64,000 nt of DNA, from positions 9,184,655-9,248,654 of the forward strand of contig NC_134033.1 in the NCBI RefSeq assembly GCF_964204645.1, written 5' to 3'. Position 1 is the stretch's first letter, and each line of letters opens with the position of its first letter. The position numbers were made by a program, and so were the translations under genes. Below the pieces are notes generated by a model that searched no databases, was not told the origin of the DNA, and worked only from the letters and a program-made list of their open reading frames with translations. This DNA comes from Tubulanus polymorphus. Its lineage: Eukaryota > Animalia > Nemertea. Positions 26,273 through 40,400 of this stretch are shown here, piece by piece.

Positions 26273-29200
26273 CTAATGTGGTTTGAAGCAAGACGGTCTT
26301 TTGCGCTTTCTACCCAGTTTCGTGTGTGTTTCGAAATATTTGTCTATGGCAAATTGCGTCACATTTTCAGCTGGTACCCATGAATTGTCTGACTTTTCTG
26401 CCCATTTTACGAAGAATTGCTGATGACCATTTTTGAATCGCGTCCGCAGTATTTTATCTATTTTGTATAACTAATCATCCTGCAATGTACTTGGGTTTGG
26501 CACCCCCTCTTGTGTGAGAAATCAGCGTCATTGGCAATCAGGTCACTACATTTGTTGTCTGTTTTACCATTTTCCTCGGGAATGGGAATAAGGTGAGGGT
26601 AGTGTTCACGATCGACGAAGTGTTTAAGACGAGCTGCGTTGACTGGCGACTTAATTGGCGTATCATCTTCACATGATCGCAAGATATAGGTGTAGTTTTT
26701 CCCAAGTCTCGATATGTAGTAAGGACCAGTGAACTTCTTAGTGAGTTTCTTAGACTTTCCTACTGCTACTTTATGATGTGTAAGCATCACCCTATCATGC
26801 AATTTAAAGGTAGGTGTTAATGCCTGTTTGTCAAGTCTAGCTTTGTTACGAGTTTGCATTTGTCTGTTCTGTTCTCCAGCGATAGATTTGACAATCGACA
26901 GTTGATCCTTTAACTGAGTTATATGATCAGAGACGGATTTGGGTAAGTTATCCTTCGGAATGAGACTTGTATCAATTGGCAGGTTCATGGGCTTCCCAAA
27001 AAGCATATGAAATGGTGAATAGCTGGTTGCTTGGTTCGTTGTAGAACGCAGTGCCATGAGAACACTTGAGAGTATTTCTGGCCAGTTGGATTGATCTGGT
27101 TTTATCTGAGTCCTAAATATTTGAGCTATCGTACGATTCGTTCTTTCACATGTAGAATTTGACTGAGGGTGATAAGCTGACGTACGGGTTCGAGTCACTT
27201 GGAATAGCTCACACACTGCGGTTACTAATTTTGACAAGAAGTTTGCTCCTCTGTCAGAAACAAGAGCTTGGGGAGCCCCATACCTAGCGAAAATCTGATC
27301 ATATAAAACTTTCGCTACCTCCGAGGCTTCTTGTGATTTGAGAGCAAAAGCTTCCGGCCATCTTGAGAAGCTATCGACTAGTAACAATATATACTTCTCA
27401 CCATTTGGCCCTTCTGTTAAGGGTCCCAGGAAGTCCATATGCCACCTGTTCAGGGTATCCACAATGGGAAGATTAGTTAATGGAGGTTTCTGAAGACGCA
27501 CACCCGATTTCGACTCTTGACAAGTTCTACATGACGATATATATTGGTTGATATCTCTGTACATATTCTTCCAGTAATACTTTTGCCTAATGATGTCATA
27601 TGTTTTCTGAGTCCCCCCGTGGCCGCCACCGGCTTTGCAATCATGGTACGCTAAGAGTATATCGAGCCTTAGACTTTTCGGTACCACTAATTGAGTGATA
27701 GATGGTGCCTTGTTGCGGCAGTAACTACGGTAAAGCGTCTTGTCATACATATGAAAACTATCGGCAGACCACATAACCTTTTTGGCGTGATGAGGGTCAT
27801 CAGGTAAGATATTCTCTTCCAGATAACGAATCATGGGAGCACAATCTGAACAAGACCGCTGGATGGTAGCGGTATCAGATTCATCTACTACGCAAACTGG
27901 TACATTGTTTTTATTACATGTATAATCAAATTCAGCCTGTAACCATACATCGTCGCCGTCTATGTGCTCAATTTTTTGATCGAGCGTGTTAAGTACATTA
28001 ATTGGTGCTGGAAATTCATCATGCTCGCTATTATCAACTATATCTGGGTAAGGACGTCGAGACATTCCGTCTGCATTATCGTTCTTCCTACCAGCCCGGT
28101 GCTTTATCTCAAAATCATAGTTTTGAAGTTTAGTAGCCCAACGTGCGACTTTGGTATTGAAATCTTTAGCCTCATTGAGATAGGTAAGTGACATATGGTC
28201 AGTGTATATAGTGAAATTCTTAGGAGCTAAGTATTCTCTGTATGCGTCGACCCCTAGTACTATGGCAAGCCCTTCCTTTTCCCTAGTTGGCCAGTTACGT
28301 TGCTGTGCAGACAGTGCGCGTCCGCCATAGCATACCGCTCGTTCACGACCTTGGTCATCACATTGAGCTAAGATGTAACCAACAGCCGTATCAGATGCAT
28401 CAGTACAAAGTATGTATTCTCTATCATTATCGGGGTATGCTAAGATTGGTGGATAGACTAGACACTGTTTAAGCTTATCAAATGCTTCTTGGTGCTCTGA
28501 CGTCCAAATGAATTTGACGTCTTTCTGAAGTAGTTGAGTTAATTTAGTAGCTGTATGTGAATAGTTCCAAACAAAACGGCGGTAGAAGTTGCAAAGTCCT
28601 TAAAATGATCGGAGTTCTTTGGAGTTTTTAGGAATTGGAAATGATTGAACTGCTTGACATTTCTCAGGGTCTGCTTTAACGCCATCTTTAGTGAAAATGT
28701 ATCCTAAATAGGATGCACTGTGCATTGCAAATTTGCACTTAGAAGGTTTCAATGTCATATTTGCTATTCGCAAGCGGTCAAACACCTGTTGCAAGTGTTG
28801 TAAATGTTCCTCAAAATTGCGACTAAATATCAAAATGTCATCAACATACACTAGACAGAATTTCCAATTAAAACCCCGAAGCACTTCATTCATGGTCATT
28901 TGAAATGCCATAGGTGAATTTTTCAATCCAAATGGTAATCTCTTAAACATATAGGCGCCGTTTTGAGTTACAAAAGTAGACTTATGCATAGTATTTGGAT
29001 CAAGTTTCATTTGCCAGAACCCAGAAGTCATGTCTAACGTTGTAAAAAGTTGAGCCTTGGCCTCAGCTACGGAGTCGACTACGTCCTCTATTCGTGGTAG
29101 TGGTTAAGAAACGGATTTAGTTATCTCATTCAACTTCCTATAGTCAACCGCGAAACGATATTCGCCTGACTTTTTCTTAACCATTACTACAGGTGAATTA

Positions 29201-30260
29201 AATGGAGAGTTGGAAGGGGCTATAATGTCAGCCTTGAGCATTTCTTCTACCTGCCGGTCCTGTTCGGCTTTCACAGTGCCATTGTGGCGGTAGGCTCTCT
29301 GGCACACTGGGGCATTATCGCCTGTGTCTATTGTATGTTGGTATATAGACGTAAATCCTAACTCGTTTAAATTGCTAGAGAATCGATCTCGGTTTTTCTG
29401 AAGAAAGGCCAGTAGGAGTGACTTTTGGCCCTCATTCAAATCTGACTTGCTTAAATCAAAATCAAGATCTTCCTGTTGATCGTTCTGTTGGTCTTCCTGA
29501 CCAGTTGGAGGGAATTTTAATGCCTCACTAGTATCGTATGCAGGTACATCTACGTTATTTACTGTTGCTTGTGTTTCAAGATTATCATCGAGCGGTACAA
29601 TATGTGAATCATCGATTTCAGATATACTAGCTATGGTTTGCCTCTTTTTGATTTTTATAGTATGATTAGTTGTATTAATGAGCCTCATTACTGCCGAACC
29701 CTTCATTACTTTGACCAAGCAGCGGGCACCAGTAAAATTTTGTGCGACTAGTTCTGGTAGAGGAGATAAAAGTATGACCTGTTTGTCAAGACTCCGCGAA
29801 ACTTTAACCGGAATTTCAGTTTCAGCATAAGCGGGTAATTTAATTGGAGTAGTGGTACGTGCAAATTTAGTATGTACTTGTATAGGGAGTACAGCATTAC
29901 TTGCTGTAGACAATTTGAAACATTTGTTTGGTATGTCAATGACAACTTGCTTTTCCTCTAAGAAATCTAAACCTAATATCAAGGGTTGGTGTAGTGAACT
30001 AAATACATGAAAGGTTTGAGTGATCGGATCAGGGATACCTGGAAAAATCATTGGTAGGTCTATGGTACCCAAGACAGGTAACTGGTCCCCACCAACACCC
30101 ACTACGTGTTTAATTACTGACTCAGTTTATTTAACATTAGCAAACTTTGTTCTATTCAAACATGACACTGAGACGCAAGAAATACTGGCTCCAGTATCTA
30201 GCAAAGCATTGATACGCTGTCTAGAAATATATACCGTAGTCACATTCTTCTCCAATGTGG
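26273..30260 (-). pseudogene. pol: pol of element A: protease, RT, RNase H, integrase, chromodomain
   Basis: LLDTGAS, YVDD, CTDAS, HMDFLGP/SDRGANF/CERTNR, GPY; frameshifted chromodomain IDKIL..FFVKW..NSWVPAENV at ~26340-26462. Confidence 0.93.
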
Positions 30261-30319
30261 CCGCTAGACAGATTTCCGCAAATGGTTGCCCGCCCATGTC
30301 GTTTTGGACAGGCGCGCAC

Positions 30320-31443
30320 CCCTAGGTACGATAAGGTTGGTTCCGCTGAGGGCAATTTCTAGCTATGTGACCTGGTTCTTGACATTCGTAACATACTTTG
30401 CTATTTACAGGGCGACCATTATCATACTGATTGTACCTAGGATAAAAAGGTTGCCTATAGTTACCTCTCCCATGACTGTGCTGGTTGTGTGGTCGATTTT
30501 GCGGCTGGTACGATTTTGGCGTGGAGTTGCATCATGGTGTTGCCTGCTATGCGTATAGTGTTGGTTTCGTTGCTGCTGCTGGTGTGGATGTTGCTTACAC
30601 ATATAGCAAACGGACGGTTCAGATTTCGGTTCTGCTGGTGTATATACGCACTGTTGATTTCCTAATTGATTATCTCTAATGGCACATTTTAAGTCGGATA
30701 GTGCCCTTGTTATTGTCTTGATACAGTCTTGTAACGATACTGCGGCAACATTAGCTGCCTCTGCTACTCCGCCCGTTTCAGTATTTATCGCAACTTGTCT
30801 CAGTTGAGTGAGAGTCTGCGGCGCTTGACTCGACACAAACGGACGAATTGAGTCCCTCAGTCCTTTCACAGCAATGTCAATCACAAAAGAAGTCTGTAAG
30901 TCGGATTGACCAGCCGCATATTCTACCCTGTCCAAATATTTAGCGACTGACTCTCCCGTATTTTGAGGCATTAAACTCATCATTAAATCTTTAACGGGTT
31001 TAAACCTGGTTTTTTAAATGGTTTTTCATGGTTTCAAGATTCGTCTGCTCACCTGGAGTCAAAGACTCAATCGTCGCACGTGCTGTCCCTTTTAGCTTAA
31101 GGATCAGCATATCCGGTTTGTCTTCCTCCGGGATTTGTGCTCGCTTTGCCCATCTATCGAAATCAGATAACCAGGTGGCTATCGATGTATTATACTCGGG
31201 ATCGAAATTTGATATCTCCATTTTTACTGGCATTTTTCTGCGTTCTCTTGGTTCCTCGAGTAACTGGTTGTCAGGTTCTTCCGGTGTCGGTGCTCTTGGT
31301 TCGGCAAGTTGATTCTTGTGAGGTATGCGAAGCGTTGGTGCAGCTAGCTTTGGTACAAGAACTGCCGTATCACTATCCAGTTGAATAGCAGTAGATTCTG
31401 TTGATCTTGTGACTATTTGTTTGAAGGTTGTTGGTTGCGGCAT
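30320..31443 (-). pseudogene. gag: gag of element A, frameshifted
   Basis: Capsid-like LKLKGTAR, QNTGESVAKY; zinc knuckle CYECQEPGHIARNC at ~30350-30395. Confidence 0.85.
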
Positions 31444-31508
31444 TACATTCCAACGGTAGAGCGTTTTTCTCCTGTAAGGTACCGAGTCGTGCCCGGTTCA
31501 ACCACCAA

Positions 31509-32596
31509 TTTAACGACAAAACTCTTCGGCGTAGTTGTCGCTAGGGGAACTAGCTCCTATAAAACTATGATGAAAATCCGATAAAATATAATCATAAATT
31601 TCCATATAAAATATAATGTTTTTCTTTTAATGTTTGTCTCAGAGAGATCCAAAATCCAGAATCTAATCATTGTATTACAGTACAATAATAAAGTGATAAA
31701 GTATTGATAGTATGAAAAAGAACATAGCTAATCAGGCCTATGTATATCTATATATATATATAAATCTAAATCGTCCGTTAAAATGTTATTTTCTCCTATC
31801 TCAAATTATACGTGTATCTCTATTAAATTCGACCGTTCAGTATATACGTAAACATATCTGTATCTGCCATACTGGCTAGTCTATACTTTTGCATTTGTTA
31901 AAAAGTATTTTCTCAGAGATATCCATTAAAACAAAACACAACTTAATTCCTTATCACTTGCTACATAATACAAGTACTTAAAATAATAGCATCATTAAAT
32001 GCAGGCCTTTTCTACAACATTATTACTTGCTAATAATTAAAGCTAAATGTAAATACACCCACCTATAAAACGATGATGAAAATCCGATAAAATATAATCA
32101 TAAATATCCATATAATATATAATGTTTTTCTTTTAATGTTTGTCTCAGAGAGATCCAAAATCGAGAATGTTGGATTTGGGTCTCCCTGAGACTTAAGTAG
32201 CCCTTGGCTCCACCCCCAAAAACTTGGTGACAGGTAGCCTGTGATTGGTCCACAGCCCAAGTTTTCGACAGCTTCTAGTCCTAGTTAAGATGGCAGTTTG
32301 TTGATTACACGTTACTCAATACTATTGTTCCAATAGTGCTGGATGAGCAGTTTTTATGAAAACCGAGTCGTACGTACTGAGACAGTTTGTCTGGGTGTGT
32401 AAACAAAGAAACTGCCATCTTAACTTTACAAAATGTGGAAATATACAATGTTATGAAAAATATTATTTCATATCATTAAGAAATGCAATACATAATATTC
32501 TCCTATTTGAGCTATTAAAAATGATGCCCAATATATGGTGTTAAATAACTCATTAAATTGATACTAAATAGACATAATAAAAATAGTATTGTTAAA
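31509..32596 (-). repeat. 5' LTR of element A (1088 bp) with an internal ~105-bp direct repeat
   Basis: cctataaaac...atccaaaatc at 31556 and 32062. Confidence 0.95.
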
Positions 32597-35500
32597 ATAT
32601 TTAGTGAAGCTTGAGACTAATATGATAGTGATGGATTAACTTGACTTTTCTTTAGTTTCTCTATTTCCTACTGACCACACTCAGTCGAGGAGTTGAGAGA
32701 AATCTAACCAATCAACATGCAGTATATTCGCGCGCATTTTAATAGTCTTCCTTACTGGTAAGAGAGGGCAATATATTGCTACGATTTCTGCAATAAAAGA
32801 ATAAACCTTTTATAAAATCTCACCAATCTCATGTCTATCAGATAATTGATATATGAGACTCAATTCTCTTTAAAATTTCTGGAGTCAGGCGGTTCTAGGA
32901 TCCCCTAACACCGGGCATAATATATCCATGGTTGCTGGAAAGGCCAAAGTCGTTTTATCACAATTATCTTTTTGATTTCTACTTAAATTGCGATTTCTTG
33001 TTCATCCTTCTCTGGGTAAATGCACTGCTGCATCTACGCCCAGCTGGAGTTGTGTGAATTATGCTGTGTGTGTGTGAACACACATTTTGACACAACTTTG
33101 TTTATTTTTCTAACCGGGTCAGAAGTTGAGAAATTGAGAAGTTGAGACAACTTCTCAATTTTTCTTCAAAAAGTCGTGTGTGTGAACCTAGCATTAGATT
33201 ACAGATGTTTATACTTTTTTCACTTCAAGTGTATGTCCCCAACAGCTGATACGGATTACACATTACATATAAATTGGACGACGGGACCGCGCATTTGTCT
33301 ACGGAATAAGTGAAAATACGGATTATGGAGTACGACAATTAAGACACAGAATTTTAAAGGGAATAACTTACTGAAAAATGGGACCAATTTATTTCTACGG
33401 AATAAGCACTTATACGGTTTAACCGGAGACGGATTAACCGAGGTTGACTGTATTATGATTGTTAAGGGTGATGGGATGGCATATTGTGTAAATTGATTTA
33501 TTTTTTTTTTAATTGTTCGTTTTACTGCATTTTAGTTCAGCCTGTGTGCACTCGCTGTCACCTTTTATCCTTTTGACCCGGCTTTACCATACAAGTAGTG
33601 TCGGGAATATTTCAGATATTTCTGGTGTCGGTTTTCATTTTATTAGTTTTCCCGACAGGCTTTGGCTTTACACATGCGTATTTTGTATCTTGTATATTTT
33701 TCACGTTTCCGGTCAGCCATTAAACAAGTTTGAGTCGACAGAAATCTAGTCGTTGTCGTTTTTGCTCTTTTCTGTTTTAATTGTCCGTGAGCGACAGGTA
33801 GATGAAGTTAGTTTTTTTCTGCCCTCTCCAACATAGTCACACCATCTCCAAATTTCATTTAAGTCTTAATGTAAGATCATCATTATCATTATCCATTTCA
33901 TCATCCAAATTCAGTGTTGCATGATACTTTACCTAATATTTATAAAAAAGCATTGATGACAGGAACCTGTCCAGAGCCATAAAGGCTGTACATCCACATG
34001 GGCCATAGGCACAGAGATGATAATAGTAGTTAGAATGTAGTTAGATTAATGAGTTCATTGATGAGATTTACACATAGATACGGTTCGAATTTATTCCAAC
34101 AACAATATGGGGAATTTATATACTTTGGGCAGGGGTGAGCTGTATATCCCTCTACTAGCCCGCGTTGCTCACGAGCAACACCATATTTTCGGCCCACTTC
34201 AGGGCTGTTTGCAGCCATTTTTATCGTTGCGAATTTGTGGCAAAGCGGAACTGAATTCACAGCATGCCGCGAGCGCCGCAGGCGCGAAGCCATTGAGGGG
34301 TCCTCCCCAAGATAATTTTTTAATTTAAGGTACTCTAAGTTGAATTCTGAGGGCTTTCTGCTATCTTTCTTGTCTGACATTTTCCACCATGAATCTAAAT
34401 AATGTTATTTAATCCAAAAATTCGATTTAATGATCATCACCTCATAGCAATGTAATCATTAATGCTTCCAACCCACAGAAAACTTATCTATGCAATTAAA
34501 AAACTTAAGATCGACTCATGTAGAAAATCTGCGACTAATGTAACGTTTATTTTTTTCAAATCATTTGCATTTGAGGAATAACATCCCATGATGAAACATT
34601 GCATACAATCATTCTATTCAATAAGTTCCGTGTTATCTTGATCCTTTAACTGATACCTATGCAAATCCTGGGATAACAAACCTGTTTTAAAATTATTTAT
34701 TGACAAAACCACAGAATGCCAACCACATAAAGTGTAAGACATATAAACATCACATAACGCATGGAAAATATGAAGTAAAATCTTTCGAGGACAGGAAATT
34801 AAGCAGAACTCTTGCGGGTAGGTGCGTTCGCACCTGTCGCACCCCCTCCCCCTAAATACGGTCCTGCCAGCCTGATTTTATAACATTAAGATTTGACCTT
34901 TTAAGGCCAATGTTGCTCACAAGCAACTGCTTTAGTACCTATATCAACTGGTAGATGGCAACACTATGCGGTTTCGTTTTTCTCACTGGTGAATCAAACT
35001 TGAGCTGAATTCATGACATACAAATTAAGTAAAACAAAGGTAAGTTCCATTGTGTTTTAACTAGTGCAAATCGGACTAAAGCCATATAAATGAATTAGGA
35101 ATATAGGAGCACCTGAGGGATGTAACCATGGCATAAAATCAATAAATTCTGCAAATTGCTGCTGACACAGAAGAGCTCAGTGTTGCTCATGAGCAACATT
35201 GGTTGAATTAGTTTTTACCTAATTCAATTCAATTCCGTTTATTGTTATTGCTAGTTTAGGTCATTTTTTCATACATTTCCGATGGCCAGTAGTAGAAAAT
35301 TAATGCAAATACTTGTAATTTAGGATGAAATAGCTTAAAATGAACGGCATATGGTGAAAATATATTCAAATAGGAGACATTGTGATGTAATAAGAGAACA
35401 TTTAAGCAGCAAATTGGATAGCAATAACCTGGGTCACCCCAAGCCCAAAACGATGGACTGTCACCGTTCTAGTACTATCGCATGGAGTAAGTTGTTATGT

Positions 35501-37416
35501 TAGTTGTTATATTTTACTGTTTTATACTCTCAGATAATAAAGTACGAAGTAAAAGTTCGTAAATATTAGGTCATTAGGGTTTCTGCTGCTTTCGCGGAAA
35601 CCCTCTTGTAATTCTGTTGATTATTATTAGGGTTTCTGCTACTTTCGCAGAAACCCTCTTGTATTCTTGATTATTATTATCATTTATGGTCCACTTTCCA
35701 GCCAAAGATTTTTCATAAAATGTAACTCCTCTCAGATTCGACTACCAACAGCTTATAAACGTAAGTTTAAATTCTGTCAGAAATATAACTCAGCGCCTGA
35801 CCATTTCGAATTTGCGTATAGTAATATATTATGAATTAATCCCGCATTAATAAATTACCGGGTCTAAACAGCGACAAAAATAACGCAAAGAATCGTCATC
35901 CATTGATAAAAGTGCACCCCGAAAAACCTAAAATTTACCGCACGACCTTGAGTCAACCGTAAATCACGGAATCGGACTTACAATTAGTCCGGATCCGTCA
36001 TTTCCCACAAACGATAACTACAGCCGGTGCGTAATAAGTGTCTAATGAATGAAACATGGCGGATGGTTGAAATCATTTTCGGCTTAAATTTATCGCGAGT
36101 TTAAGGACCTTAATGGATTTCACGAAACCATGATCCTTAAAATGAGTCAATTGGTTAATTCTATTCGTAAATCAATTTACGTTTGCTACATTTCCTGAAG
36201 ATTTCTGGCTCGATTCAACGTAATATGGACAGGAATGGTAGGAATTTTCATACGGAAATTTACTTCCGCGTTCACTCGACGACTCGGATCGATGACAACG
36301 ACAGCAGTTTTTACGTAATATAAGGTGAGAATCCGTTAACCAGGGAATGCTTTACATGATTTCTTTATAATATTAGTACATATGGTAGCAAATGAGTACT
36401 CGGTGAAGCAATGATCATTGTTGGCTAGCTATTTTACCTAGCTTTTTGGGGGGATACACCTAGAATAAGCCCTAAATGTAGTGAATAGAGACAGTGGAAA
36501 GCCTAAGTTGTTAGTAAGGGGCTGGTTTACACTTATGTGTATGACTATTTATTTCGATTACTTTCTTTCCAGCTATTATTCGTGGAATGAACTGGTCACT
36601 ACGGTCTTCAATTCCTTTGCCTATTCTTGCAGCTGGTGGAAATAAATTTAAACCACAGTGTGCAAGTGTACGTTCCAAATCAAGATTTTCGTCATTGTCG
36701 TAACTTAAGCGCAACTGTCTCAGATGCTGTAAGTACTTGACGTTTTATGTAATTGTTATTTTTTTCAGTTGCCATGTTTACAATATTTGGATTAGTAATC
36801 AGTTATTATACTTTCTTTCACTCCTCTATGATATTATATAACCGAGTAATTATTACATTTCATTGCTTAATTGCAGGTGGAAAGAGGTCAGATGGCATGA
36901 AAATCGACTGTGGCTGACTAATTGGTGCGATTAGATCAGGCGTTGATGTTTCAAAAGGTAGAGCCAAAAAGCTTGTATCATCAGGTAGACAAATATCCGA
37001 AGATAAATTTAAACTTCACCTCGTTGATCATCAGTAGATTTTGCTGTAATTTTTTCGCCTGGATAAATCAAGCCGTCATTCAGTTCAAAATCTGTGTTCA
37101 GTAGTATTTCTTTCAATAAAATGAAAATTTAATTGACTAATTTTTATGTATTCATGATTGAAATTGAATGGATCTTAAAACCAGAGAAAGCAATCTTCAG
37201 AAATTTAGAAAATCCAAGACTCATAATCAAATTCTGTGAAGTCAGTTAAGGTCTTTTGCTCGAATCAAACCGAGGGCTCAGATGGCTAAAATTCACTTCC
37301 TCAATGTCCTATAATGCAGAGTATGATAAAGTTTACACACTGAAAAACGTTGGGCTGTGTAAGTGTAATTTGGATAAGTTAGCAATATAATGACCGCCCT
37401 GGCCCGCTGCATCATG

Positions 37417-40400
37417 TGTGATGTATGTAGCTTTCGGTATTTAGTTTGACTGAATAAATTCACTTCCGTTTTGAGTACAATGAATGGCATTGTAGTTTAT
37501 TGATAATCGGTCAGGAAACGTCACATTGGCGACGAGGAAAACTTAATATCGTTCTCCATCCGAGTGTAGAAGGAATGAGTATGGCTTCTGCTTATATCGG
37601 TTCGATAAATGAGTATTCTCCGCAAAAGGAAGAATGGAAAAACTACCAATGTAGACTCGAGGCGTGGATGAGGGTAAATAAAATTGCAAATGAAAGCAAA
37701 ACGGACGTCCTTCTATCAATGATTGGACCTGAAACTTTCGAACTTTTAGTAAATCTAACCATGCCAAAGGCTCCTTCGGATAAAAAATACGATGATCTCA
37801 CAGCCTTGTTAGAAGCCCACCACAAACCTCCATCCACAACAATGGGTGAACGGTACAAATTTAATATGAGGCGCCAGTCCTCGACAGAGACTTTGTCAGA
37901 ATACATTGTAGCGCTGAAGAAACTTGCTTTGCCGTGTGAGTTTGGAGGGTCCCTGGAGAATCAACTCCGAGATCGGTTTGTCGCTCGAATTAGAAGCGAA
38001 CCAATCCGCAAAAAAACTACTTGGTTCGTCAAATTAGTTTGGGAAGACGCATGTAAGGATGCCCTTGCTATGGAAACGGCATCCCTGGTGTCAATGGAGA
38101 TGTCAGTCGGGTCGACTTCAAATCCCAGTGAAGGCGATGTTAATATGGTCAAATCGCGTACCGGTAATAATAATAATAACTTTGGTAGAAAGCCGCAGAT
38201 TAATCAACAGTGTTATCGTTGTCACGGAAACGGACATTTAGCGGACAGTTGCAGATTTCGTGGATCTGAATGTCACAAATGTCATAAAACTGGACACATT
38301 GCGAAAGCGTGTCGTACAAATTTGAGAAACACTGATAGGAGAAAAACCGCCGGTCGTGTTAACAATCGTACAAGCAGATCGTTTCATGGTGGTGCTACTT
38401 CGTATCTTCAAGAAAATTCGGTTGCCGATACAGATTATGATTACAACACTAGTTTTGACGACTTGTACACCGTGAATGGTCCAACTGGGAATTGTAATAG
38501 TGTAAATGTTGATATTCTTGTCAATGAGGTTAGAGTTAATCTTTTGGTAGATACAGGTGCATCAGCCACAATTTTTCCTGAGAGTTTATATAAAGAGAAA
38601 TTTTCTGACATAAAATTGTCAAAGTCAAATGTAAAACTTGCTAGTTACTCAGGTGAAAATATCGATGTGTTAGGTTCTTTTCAGGCTTTGGTTGAGTATA
38701 AAGGTCAGAAATACTATCTGCCTGTTATTGTTGTAAAGGCGATGAACAAGCCTCCTCTTTTATTCAGAAATTGGCTTAGCATTATTAAACTAAACTGGTC
38801 TGAATTATTCTCTGTAACTTCATTTAATGTCAATGATTATAAAGGTCAAGTGTCAAGGTTGGTCGATGACTACAGAGATATTTTTCAAGCTCATAAAGAG
38901 CCAATCAAGGGTTACACTGCAGAGATAGAACTTAAACAGGAAACCGATGGTATATTTTTCACAGCTAGACCTATATCGTATGCATTATTAGACAAGGTAG
39001 AAAACAATCTTAAAAGATCTGTTGAAATGAATGTTATGAGTAGAGTTGAGACTAGCAAATACTCAAGTACAATTGTAGTTGTCCCAAAAAAGGATGACAA
39101 TGTGAGAATTTGTGGTGATTTCAAGGTGTCTATCAACAATTTGATAGATAGCGATCCTTATCCCCTGCCAACACCAGAGGACATTTTCTCAAAACTAAAT
39201 GGTTGTAAATACTTTTCAAAGATCGATCTTTCAAACGCGTATCTTCAATTGGAATTATTTGGTAAGTCCAGAGAATTATGCACTGTTAATACACCATTTG
39301 GTCTTTTTAGGTACAACCGTTTACCATTTGGAGTCAAAACATCTCCAGCTATTTTTCAGAGATTTATGGACAAACTGCTCGTAGGTATTCCGCAGGCAGC
39401 AGCAAGCCAAGACGATATATCGCTTGCTACTGTTACTGCAGAAGAACATGTGAGATTGTTGAGAGAAATTTTTAGTAGATTACGTAAACATAATGTTACT
39501 GCAAGTTCTAGAAAGTCTCGGTTCTTTGTACCTGAGGTAGAGTATTTAGGTCACAATGTAGATAGTGAAGGTATTCATCCAACATCCAAGAATGTTGAAG
39601 CTATACATGCAGTACCTAGTCCTAGTAGTGTTTCTGAGTTGCGTACTTACCTTGGCATGTTGAATCATTATGGTAAATTTTTACCAAACCTGTCTACGTT
39701 ATTGTATCCTTTACATCAACTTCTCAAAAAGGATGTTAAATATGTGTGGAGTTCAGAATGTGAAAAGGCATTTTTAGAGTCAAAAAGGTTGTTGACAAGT
39801 AACCAGTTATTAGTACATTTTGACCCCAAGACAGAGCTAGTTCTAGGCTGTGATGCGAGTCCATATGGTATAGGTGCGATTCTTTCTAAAAGGTTTCCAG
39901 ATGGATCAGGGAAACCCATAGCATATGGTAATCGTAGTTTGACTCCTGCAGAACGCAATTACTCCCAAATTGAACGTGAAGCTCTTTCAATCATTTATGG
40001 AGTCAAGCACTTCCACAAATATCTATACGGTAGGAAGTTTCTGTTGGTCACCGACCACAAACCTCTTGTAGGCCTAACAATTTTTGGTTAAAAAACAGGA
40101 GTTCCGGCCCTGGCAGCTCTACGTCTGCAAAGGTGGTCACTTATTTTAATGGCATACGATTACGAAATTGTACATAGAAGTGGTAAAGATAATGAAAACT
40201 GTGTTATGTTGTCTAGATTCCCTAATCCTAATGCTAAGATGGAAGCAGTGGAACTGGATATTAATTATTTTACGTATGTGAATATGTTACCTATTAATGC
40301 TGCAGACATTGAGTCTGAGACTAGAAAAGATCCAACAATGTCAAAAGTTTATCAATATATACTTAATGGTTGGCCTAATCACTGCAACGATCCTGATATT

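Larger units (their letters stand above)
17730..32596 (-). mobile_element. Full-length env-bearing Gypsy LTR retrotransposon (element A)
   Basis: Paired LTRs, ATAT target duplication (17726-29 and 32597-600), TGG-initiated PBS at ~31490-31507, PPT aggggagga at 18312-20, gag-pol-env order. Confidence 0.95.
17301..33450. mobile_element. Tc1/pogo-type non-autonomous element (~1.28 kb) split by the Gypsy insertion
   Basis: TIR cagtcaacctcggttaatccgt / acggattaaccgaggttgactg with TA on both sides. Confidence 0.85.

Noticed and set aside
39410-39425. SQDD as a novel RT active-site variant
   Set aside because: The element has several stops and lacks its 3' LTR; decay is the simpler explanation
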